Assembly (NCBI GenBank): GCA_038087875.1
Contig: CM075991.1
Coordinates: 9,116,001-9,180,000 of the forward strand
DNA from: Malacoraja senta
Taxonomy: Eukaryota
Length of the DNA: 64,000 nt
Direction: 5' to 3'
Part shown: positions 54,305-64,000 of the stretch, piece by piece
Layout: each line of letters begins with the position of its first letter
Position numbering within the stretch: the stretch's first letter is position 1
Program-made: the position numbers and the translations under genes
Notes under the pieces: model-generated
The model's database searches: none
Seen by the model: only the letters and a program-made list of their open reading frames with translations
Told to the model about the DNA's origin: nothing

Positions 54305-55002
54305 TACAGAAGCGGGTAGGGTAAGGGGGAAACCATCCTTCAGTCGCTTCCTGGCGAGGATGCGGCTATTATCCGAGTCGCGTCCTCGCCCCCCCCCCCC
54401 CACCAACCCTCGCGGCCTACCAACTGGATTGGCGCGGCCTTTCCTGCCGGGACCAGACCAGAGCTTCAGCAGCGGCGGCGAGGCGCTGGAAACATCGCGG
54501 AGCGGGCGAGGCCTTCCTGCGATCGCCGCTTGGAGCTCTGGAGTGTTGAGCCGCTGCTCCAACATTGCGGAGCTGTGGGTGTGGAGCTCCCAATGCGGGC
54601 GGAGCGACTTTAACATCGCGGACTCCTGGGACCCTTTGCCGGGGGTCGCCAGCGCGAATCTCCGCCCAGCGCGGCCTGTGGACATCGGGACCCGCGGACT
54701 CTGGTCGAAGGTGGCCGACGAGAGGTTCCCGGCGAGATGGACCTGACTGCGGGGTGCTCGGGAGGCCCCGACCACGGGTGAACATTGGGGAACATCGGCG
54801 TGGAGGTTGACTGGACTTTGGTTCCTTCCCTCACAGTGGGGAACTTTGGTGCCGCTGTGGGGATGTTTGTGTTGTGGACTACTATGTTCTGTGTTTTGTG
54901 TTTTATTTTATTTTTTTGTATGACTGTAAGGGAAAAATAATTTCGTTGTCTCTTCATTGAAGACAATGACAATAAATTAAATTAAATCAAATTAAATTAA
55001 AT
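54305..55002 (+). mobile_element. GC-rich non-coding retroposon (5' part at ~53272-53383)
   Basis: Same architecture; ends tgacaataaa(ttaaa)n. Confidence 0.6.
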
Positions 55003-57679
55003 CAGATTCCTATTAAATCTTTTCCCCTTCGCCTTAAACCTATGTCCTCTGGTACTCGATTCGCCTAATCTGGGAAAGAGACTGTGCGTCTACCCAATTT
55101 ATTCCTCTCATGATTTTATACACCTCAATAAGATCACCCCTCATCCTCCTGCGCTCCAAGGAATAGAGTCCCAGCCTACTCAACCTCTCTCTATAGCTCA
55201 GACCCTCTAGTCCTGGCAACATCCTCATAAATCTTCTCTGTACCCGTTTCAGCTCGACAACATCTTTCCTATAACATGGCTATCATAAAGGGGTTGAATA
55301 ATTTACCCTGAATCCAACCTTAGAGATGATTATAAGTGTATAAGTGTCACTGGTGGCCGGTGTGGGCAAGATGGGCCGAAGGTTTGTCAGTTAACTGGCT
55401 TAGTTAAAAATGGTAAATTTATCCCAAGAGTGTATAGGATAGTGTTAGTGTGCAGGGATCAAGATTCAAGAGGCATTTATTGTCAATGCACCAATTGGTA
55501 CAGTGAAATTTGGGGGTCGCTAGTCGACACGGACTTTGTGGACCGAAGGGCCTGTTTCCACGCTGTATCTCTAAATTAAACTAAGCCTGACACGATGTCT
55601 CTTTGTGTTGGTAACTCGACATGAACTGTGTCAGTACAAATCTCCACTGATCTGTTCAGAGCCACGCAGCCTACTAACACCAATGTTCTCATCAAGAATG
55701 CATTTGGGTGAAATTATAGAGCGTTAAGGAACCAGCAGAGCGAGAGTTGGAGAAATGAGAGAAGGGGGGGGGGGTGGGAGATGAGATAAAATCTTATTAA
55801 AATTGCAACGTGATCAGCAAAGCATCTCAACAAAAATGTTCATTCAAAGATAAAAACAGAATATGCTGGAGGTTAGGTGCAGTATTTGCAAACTGAGAGA
55901 AGCAGAAACAGAGGGGGGCACGGTGGTGCAGCGGTAGAGCAACTGCCTTACCGTGCCAGAGACCCGGGTTCGGTCCCGACTATGGGTGCTGTCCGTACAG
56001 AGTTTGTACGTTCTCCCGTCACCTGCGGGTTTTTTCCGAGATCTTCAGTTTCCTCCCGCACTCCAAAGAGGTGAATTTGCTTTGTATAAGTGTAATCCCT
56101 AGTGTGTGTTGGATAATGTTCGTGTGCAGGGATCATTGGTTGGCGCAGACATGGTGGGCCAAAGAGTCTATTTCCACGCTGTATTTCTAAACTAATCTAA
56201 ATTAAAACACTTTATGTTTTAATGTTGAAGTAACAAGGAACTGCAGATGTTGGTTTACCGAAAAAAAGATACAAATTGCTGGAGTAACTCTAGGTCAGGC
56301 AGCATCTCTGGAGAACATGGACTAGTCGGGAATCTGAAGAAGTGTCACCTATCCATGTTCCTCAGTGATGCTGCCTTACCTGCTGAGAACTCCAGCACTT
56401 TGTATCCTTTTAAAGTCTCATGTCAATAACCCTTTGGCTGAACTGTAAAAGAGGTATAGAGTCATAAGGTTATCGAGTGATACAGCGTGGAAACAGGCCC
56501 TTCGGTCCAACTTGCCCACATCAACCAACATGGCTCAGCTACACTAGTCCCACCTGCCCACATTTGGTCCATATCCCTCCAAAGGTACTATCCACGTACC
56601 TGTCTAACTGTTTTTTAAATGTGGGGATAGTCCCAGCCTCAACAACTTCCTCTGGCAGCTAGTTCCATGCACGCACCACCCTTTGTGTGGAAAAAGTTGC
56701 CCTTCAGATTCATATTAAATCTTTTCCCCTTCACCTTAAACCTATGTCCTCTGGTCCTCGATTCCCCTACTCCAGGCAAGAGACTCTGTACATCTACCCG
56801 ATCTATTCCTCTCATGATTTTATACACCTCCATAAGATCACTCCTCATCCTCCTGCACTCCAAGGAATAGAGTCCCATCCTAGAGTTAATTACTATTGAA
56901 ATGTGGAGGGGGAGGGATGGATAGGACTAGGAGAACATCTCTAATAGGGTGAGGGCATAATATTCATGGCAATGAGCTGGTGGTGAATCCATCTGGTTAA
57001 TGAGGATTGTTGGAGAGAAAGACTTTAGATACAGCCTGGAAACAGGACCTGTGTCCCACTGTGTCTGTGCCGACCAGCGATCACTCCTTACACTACCCTA
57101 CACACACCAGGGACAATTTCACAACTTACCAAAGCCAATTAATCTACAAACCTGTACGACTTTGTCATGTGGGAGAAAACCGGAGCACCGGGAGAAAACT
57201 CACGCAGTCACGGGGAGAACGTACCAACTCCAAATAGACTGCACCTGTTGTCAGGTTTGAACCCGGGTCTCTATGGCTGTGAGGCAGTAACTCTACTCCT
57301 GTGCCACCGTGCCGGAAGATGTACGGCGGGTTCCTTTGGTTTTACAGGGGTTATGTTATCCAGATGGATTGTTGTACTGATCTGAAAACATGAGTTCAAA
57401 TCCTATCAAAGCACCTCGGGGAATTTAAGATGCAATTGATTAATTTAAGTTCGATTAAAAATTCAATTCATCAAATTAGTGGTTACTTAATTAATATGCA
57501 AATAGAGTTCAAATGTCGACTAAAAGGGAGAGAAAAAAACAAAGAGAAATAAAAGCTGTGATACCATGAAAAGGGCAATACCATGTTTATTCAGTAATTT
57601 CAATTATTCGAATCAAGAATGTTTGCCATATTCACCAACATCGGGATGTTAGGAAGAAGCTATTCTTTATGGCGATCAC

Positions 57680-59669
57680 TAGAGCCAGGATTTTACCATA
57701 AATGCCATGTGCCTTTTCATGCCTTTTTTGATGAATTCACTGGGATAATTCCTTTTTCATGACCGAGTGCCTAAATCAGCCTTTTTGTTTGCCATTTTGC
57801 TGAAAGGTCGTGCTATTTTCTCTAGTTGTACCGTGATTACAATGACGTTTTCTATGTTAACACGTTAATATTAATGTTATTATTAACGTGTTAACATAGT
57901 ATAACTTACAAGAAAACTTCCACCACCGGGGCGAAACCGGGTGTGCCACCTTCGAATGAATAGAATGTTTAAGAAAGAACTGCAGATGCTGGAAAAATCG
58001 AAGGTAGGCAAAAAATACTGGAGAAACTCAGTGGGTGAGGCAGCTTCTATGGAAAGAAGGAATAGGCGACGTTTCAGGTCGAGACCCTTCTTCAGACAGA
58101 TGTGGGTGGGTGCAGGAAACAGAAAGGAAGAGGCGGAGACACTAGGACTAGAAGGAGAGCTGGGAAAAGGAGGAGGGAGAAGACAAGGGCTATCTAAAAT
58201 TAGAGAAGTCAATATTGATACCGCTGGGGTGTAGACTACCCACGCAAATTACCCAAACTTGTCTCCTCACTACATTCACTGCTGGCTCCAGTCGCAAATC
58301 TGCGTTTGCGAATATCTGTGCAAGGCATTCATTGATGCTGGAATTCCACTGTGGAAATTGGAAAACAAATCTCTCAGAGGTTTTTTAGAGAAATACACAG
58401 AGGAACATATACCAAGCGAGTTATCATTACGGAAAAAATATGTTGACAGTAACTTCAACATTGTTGTGCAGAAAATTAGAGATGAAGTTGCATGCAACAA
58501 AATATGGATCACAATAGACGAGACAACCGGTGCTGGGGGGAGATATGTTGCCAATGTGGTCATTGGTACACTGGAGGCAGGTCAACCATCAAAGGAGTAT
58601 TTGTTGACATTGGAAGTATTGGAGAAGTCAAACAGCTCAACCATTGCTCAGTTGTTTACATCTTCACTTGCTGTACTTAGGCCAGAAGGTATCAAACATG
58701 AGAATGTTCTTCTATTTGTGACAAAGTTTTATTCCCCAAAATGTTGCATTTGACACGCTTAGCTCAAGGACTTCATAGAATTGCCAAGCACATACGTAGC
58801 TTGTTTCCAGATGTCGATCGCCTAGTTTCCAATGTCAAGAAAATCTTCCTCAAAGCACTTATTTTTCCTGTGCAGTTGTTTAAGGAAATGGCCCCCTAGA
58901 TTCCGCTTCCTAGTCAGCCTCTTTTGACTAGGTGGGGTACATGGCTCTCTGCTGTACTCTGCTATGCTGCAAATTTTGAAAAGATAAAAGAAATCGTCAA
59001 CTGTTTTGAAGAAGAAGAATCTGCTGCAGTCAGGATCGTCAGTGAAATCATGCAGAAAAAGTCCCTCCACCGCGATCTTGTGTTTATTGCTTCCAATTTT
59101 GCAAACTTCCCACAAGCTATAACTTCCCTTGAGAAACGTGGCGAAACATTAGTGAATAACTTGCAGGTTTTCAACAAAGTAACTGACATTAAGTTCCTGG
59201 CAATGTCGGTAGAGACATGCAAGGAAAATGTGAGAGAGTAATTTTAGCTAGCAAAGAAGAAATACAAAGCATAGCTAAAGTTCTCAAAGGTAGTTGTAAT
59301 GCACAATATATGGATATGAATATAGTCTGTAGCTTGTATCGGGTATGCACCAGTGACCTCAGCTGAGTATAGCTTGTTTCGGGTATGCACCAGTGACCTC
59401 AGCTGAGGTAGAAATAAGTTTTTCACAATTGAAGCATATTCTGTCCGACAGACAGCATAGTTTAACACCAGATAACTTGAAAAAAAATGCTAGTAATTAT
59501 GTGCAACCAGGCAACTTTGGTCATTTAATGTAGTATACCTTTATATTATCATTTTAAACCATATTTTGGTGGTGGAAATAAATGCCTTTTTCATGCCTTT
59601 TTGTAATTTTATTATGCCTTTTTGCCTGCCTATTTCAGTGTTTTTTAACGCCTAAACACCCTGGCTCTA
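57680..59669 (+). mobile_element. hAT-superfamily DNA transposon with disrupted transposase
   Basis: TIR TAGAGCCAGG / CCTGGCTCTA; 8-bp TSD gcgatcac at 57672-57679 and 59670-59677. ORF pieces AFIDAGIPLWKLE..IWITIDETT..GRYVANV (58259-58753) and TRWGTWL (58924-59241). Interrupted by a minus-strand Penelope fragment at ~57965-58245. Confidence 0.9.
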
Positions 59670-59904
59670 GCGATCACGGTTCGACACCTTCCCAAAACAT
59701 TTAGACTAATATGGGATAGGAGTGGTCACGACCCGAAACGTCGCCTATTTCTTCTCTCCATAGATGCTGCCTCACCCGCTGAGTTTCTCCAGCATTTTTG
59801 TCCACCTTCGTTGAGTCTCATTGTATGTAACTCATTTTCACCTAGGCCACAGCTACCAATGGCCTGGCTCCTTTATCATCGTTACTTTTTCATTTGTTCT
59901 ATAT

Positions 59905-60432
59905 CAGGATTGAGGAAGGACATTCTTACTATTGAGGGAGTGCAGCGTAGGTTCACAGGGTTAATTACCGGGATGGCGGGACTGTCATATGTTGAGAGAA
60001 TGGAGCGGCTGGGCTTGTATACTCTGGAATTTAGAAGGATGAGAGGGCATCTCATTGAAACATGTAAGGATATTAAGGGTTTGGACACGCTAGAGGCAGG
60101 AAACATGTTCCCGATGTTGGGGGGGAGTCCAGAACCAGGGGCCACAGTTTAAGAATAAGGGGTAAGCCATTTAGAACAGAGATGAGGAAACACTTTTTCA
60201 CACAGAGAGTTGTGAGTCTGTGGAATTCTCTGCCTCAGAGGGCGGTGGAGGCCAGTTCTCTAGATGCTTTCAAGAGAGAGCTAGATAGGGCTCTTAAGGA
60301 TAGCGGAGTCAGGGGATATGGGGAGAAGGCAAGAATGGGGGTACTGATTGTGGATGATCAGCCATGATCACATTGAATGGCGGTGCTGACTCGAAGGGCA
60401 GAATGACCTACTCCTGCACCTATTGTCTATTA
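59905..60432 (+). mobile_element. CR1 LINE 3' fragment
   Basis: IEGVQRRFT..LGLYTLEFRRMRG..RVVSLWNSLP. Further CR1 pieces at ~21150, 39590, 50690, 51420, 55003, 56460 and 61035. Confidence 0.85.
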
Positions 60433-62030
60433 TCTCTCTATATCACCATCTATATCTCCTGTTTCCCTTTCTGCTGAATCTCAGTCTGAAGAAGGGCCTT
60501 GACCCGAAGCGTCACCTATTCCTTCCCTCCAGAGATGATGTCTGACCCGCTGAGTTACTCCAGCTTTTTGTGTTTACCGAATCTCCTCAATCTGTTGATG
60601 GTAACAGTATTCCCATTAATTTGCCGTTCAAATATTGGGTTCCTTGGATAATTTGAGATCATTTATCCGCCACAATATGCTGTTCCACGATAAGCCATCC
60701 GAAAACCTCCAGAAGCTGGGAGAAGATTTATATTTTAAACCATTATTTGTACACATTATTCCTTGTGTTTGAACAATAAACTCATGTGACTGAACAAAAT
60801 TCATGCGACTGCATAAAATGGTCTTTAACTAGCTTCACACAGTATTGAGCTGAATATCTTGTCAGTGCAAATGGGCTTGCTGTTGTTGGTATGCTGAAGT
60901 TCCAGTGTACCAAACTGCACCGAGATTGCTTCCCAATTATTCAATCTTGAGAAAGCAACATGCAAATGGAGCCAAGGTGTTTCTTGTAAACAGCCCTTGG
61001 GGTCTTTGTCACGAAGCTGCTCAGAATTTATAAAGAAGTCTGTGGATATTTTTAAGGCAGAGATAGAGAATTCTTGATTAGAACGGGTGTCAAGGGTTAC
61101 AGGGAGAAGGCAGGAAAATGGGATTAGGAGGCATTGAATGGCGGAGTCTGTGGAATTCTCTGCCTCAGAGGGAGGTTCTCTGGATGCTTTCAAGAGAGAG
61201 CTCGATAGGGCTCTTAAAGATAGCGGAGTCAGGGGATATGGGGAGAAGGCAGGAACGGGGTACTGATTGGGGATGATCAGCCATGATCACATTGAATGGC
61301 GGTGCTGGCTCGAAGGGCCGAATGGCCTACTCATGCACCTATTGTCTATTGGACTCGATGGGCCGAATGGCCTAATTCTACTCCTATAACTTGTGAAGTG
61401 GGGGAAGAAAAAACAGTTCAATGTCTATTAGCCAAAGGACGAAAGGGGCAGCACAGTGGCGCAGCGCCAGAGGGCTGGGTTTGATCCAGACTACAGGTGC
61501 TGTCTGTGCGGAGTTTGCACGTTTTCCCTGTGGCCGCATGGGTTTTCTCTGGGTGATCCAGTTTCCTCCCACACTCCAAAGACGTACAAGTTTGTCAGTT
61601 ATTTGGCTTCGGTAAAAATTGCCAAGTTGTTAATTGTCCCTAGTGCGTGTAGGATATTGTTAATGTGCGGGGATCGCTGGTCGGCGTTGACTCGATGGGC
61701 TGAAGGGCCTATTTCCACCCTGTATCTCTTACTAAACTAAACTAAAAAATCAAATATTGCTACTTTAATCCCTTCTATTTTCCTCCAGAGGAAGGAAGTT
61801 GAAATCCTTTCTGAATTCCTATTCCTTTTTACTAATCTTTTTATGCAGTTTGAAGTTTTTTGGATCAGCCCACCCTTGTAACTTATGGTTGGTCAGCAGA
61901 AATGAAGTACCTTCTGTCGAGGCACCAGCTTCCTTCAAGCCTCCAACATTATCTTTGCATTGAGAAGCCTCGAGTTAGCGGCAAGTACCACACAGTGGGA
62001 AAGTACCACAGTTGTAAAAACCTCTCCTCA

Positions 62031-62361
62031 AAGCCCTGTCCCACGGTACGAGTTCATTCCAAGAGCTCTCCCGAGTTTGCCCTGATTCGAACTCGGAGAT
62101 TGACGGTAATGGCCACTCGTCGGTACTCGGGGCTCTCGAGGACATTTTTCAACATGTTGAAAAATCTTCACGAGTCTTCCCAAGCTTACCTGCCGCTAGT
62201 GAGTCTTCCCGAGTACCTGCCGTTAGCGTTACGAGCCGCTAAGAGACGTCCCCGAGCTCCGACGTACCCGCTACGTTCATTCTCCGTGCTTACCACGAGT
62301 TTGATTTTTTTTTTAACTCGGGAGAGCTCTTGGAATGAACTCGTACCGTGGGACAGGGCTA
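62031..62361. mobile_element. PIF/Harbinger-type MITE
   Basis: TIR agccctgtcccacggtacgagttcattccaagagctctcccgagtt; flanks tca/tta. Confidence 0.8.
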
Positions 62362-62855
62362 TTAAGTGAACTTCAGGTGAAGAGACAATTGATGGGGTGT
62401 GATGAGAGGCTGTTTCCCCTAATTGAAGTGAGTGTCTGTAAATAGAGGGTATAGTCTCAGAGTAAAACCTCAGCCATTCACTTCTGAGTTGAAAAGAACC
62501 AACAGCACAGTGGCACAGCTGGTAGAGCCGCTGACTCACGGCGCCAGGGACCCGGGTTCAATCCTGACCTTAGGTGCTGTTTGTGTGGAGTTTGCATGAT
62601 CTCCCTGTGATTATGTGGGTTTCCTTCGGGTGCTCTGGTTTCCTCCCAAATTCCAAAGACGTGCGTGTCTGTAGGATAATTGACCGCTGTAAATTGCCCC
62701 TAATGTGTAGGGAAAGTGGTAAAACGTAGAACTGATGTACGGGTGATCGATGGTCAGCGTGGACTCAGTGGGCCAGAGGGCCTGTTTCCATATTGGATTT
62801 CCAAACTCGACTAACCATATATCAGGCACAACGTAATTGCAGAATTGTTTAGAAA

Positions 62856-63621
62856 GGGGCGATGGCTGCCCTGCCGCCAGTCTGTTCGTTTTTTCACTCT
62901 TTTTGTTATTTTTTAGTTTGTTAAAAGTTTTTGTTTTAATGTTCTTCGGTTTGTTTTATGTTTGAGGGAGGGGGTCGGGGGGAGGGGTTGGGGGAAACTT
63001 TTTTTCGGGTTCTTACCTTGGCAGAGATGTGATCCATTTTCGGATCACATTCTCCGGGCGCTCTGCGGCCTACCATCGCTGGAGCTGGAAGCCTCCTCGG
63101 ACTGACTTTGAGCCCCACCGCGGGGCGCGGACTTAACATCGGAGCTGATCCCTTGCCTGGGATCGCTCCCACCCCGACCGCTGCGGAATCACCATCAAGG
63201 GCTCGCAGTCTCGGGAGAGGCTAGTCAGGAGCACCAACGTCGCGGAAGGTTCGACCAGCCCCGACGCGAGGTTCGATCGCCCGGCGCAGGGGAGCTGACA
63301 AGCTCCCCCGATGCAGGAGCTGATCGCCTTGACACGGAGGGCCTGAACGCTGCTGGCTACGGGAGTTAAGATCATCCCATCAACGGAGGGCTCGAGGCCC
63401 ACGACCGAGGAAGAACTAAGGGAAGGACTTGAACTTTATTTCGCCTTCCATCACAGTGAGGAATGTGCAGGGGTCACTGTGGTGGATGTTCATGTTAAAA
63501 TGTGTTTTTGAGTGTTCTGTTGCTTTTAATTGTATGACTGACCTGGCCAGTGAAATTCCTCGTATGTTGCAAAACATACTTGGCGAATAAAGTGTGATTC
63601 TGATTCTGATTCTGATTCTGA
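62856..63621 (+). mobile_element. GC-rich non-coding retroposon
   Basis: gatggctgcc head, T-tract, gggggaaac, hairpin, cggcctacca, cacagtg..ggtggatgtt, AATAAA and (gattct)n tail. Confidence 0.65.
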
Positions 63622-64000
63622 AAGCATAAAGTTGGGTCTTCAAAGGTAGTGGATGTGAGGAATTGGAGATACTAGTAAATATGGGGGCTATACCAAGAAC
63701 TTTAGCACTTTGTTGAGCTAGCTGCAGTTTTGTGCCAGTCAGAATTCCTGCAAGAGCCGGTGGAAATTCTCATCTGATTTGGATTGAACTTTGCCCCTGG
63801 AGGTGGAAAGACAATCGACCAACCAATCCATTTCTGGTTCTTGTGTTTAAGAGCATCATTATGGATTGCACTTACTGAAGAGATTGCTGACCATCCAACA
63901 AAAGCAGGCAATCAATAAGAAGCTATTATCAATAATGTTGATGAGAAAATGCATTGGGCCTTCAGCCTATTTAACTTTAAATTGAACAGGTTGTGTTAAC

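Noticed and set aside
53344..54972. Cluster of 100-240 aa ORFs in the GC-rich block
   Set aside because: Overlapping on both strands, no motifs; explained by the GC content of non-coding retroposons.

Overview
Repeat-dense vertebrate DNA, most likely a cartilaginous fish (skate/ray-type; inferred from V-SINE/HE1-like SINEs, CR1, Rex1/Babar, RTE and Penelope repeats). It holds one host gene, LRRTM4 (+ strand). A CpG-rich first exon ends in ATGG|gtaagt (33625-33628), intron 1 spans 33629-35417, and the large coding exon spans 35418-36943. The rest is nested mobile DNA: about 25 short Penelope-derived units with a minimal hammerhead-ribozyme-like core (often fold-back, several with clean target-site duplications, TSDs), a decayed endogenous retrovirus (ERV, 43042-~47800), a hAT transposon (57680-59669), MITEs, LINE fragments and a family of GC-rich non-coding retroposons with a structure-conserved hairpin. 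Most notable: the hammerhead-bearing mini-elements, the missing stop codon after the LRRTM4 ECEV PDZ motif, and a ~675-nt AG-free acceptor region in LRRTM4 intron 1. Family assignments are by eye and from recalled motifs; no searches were run.
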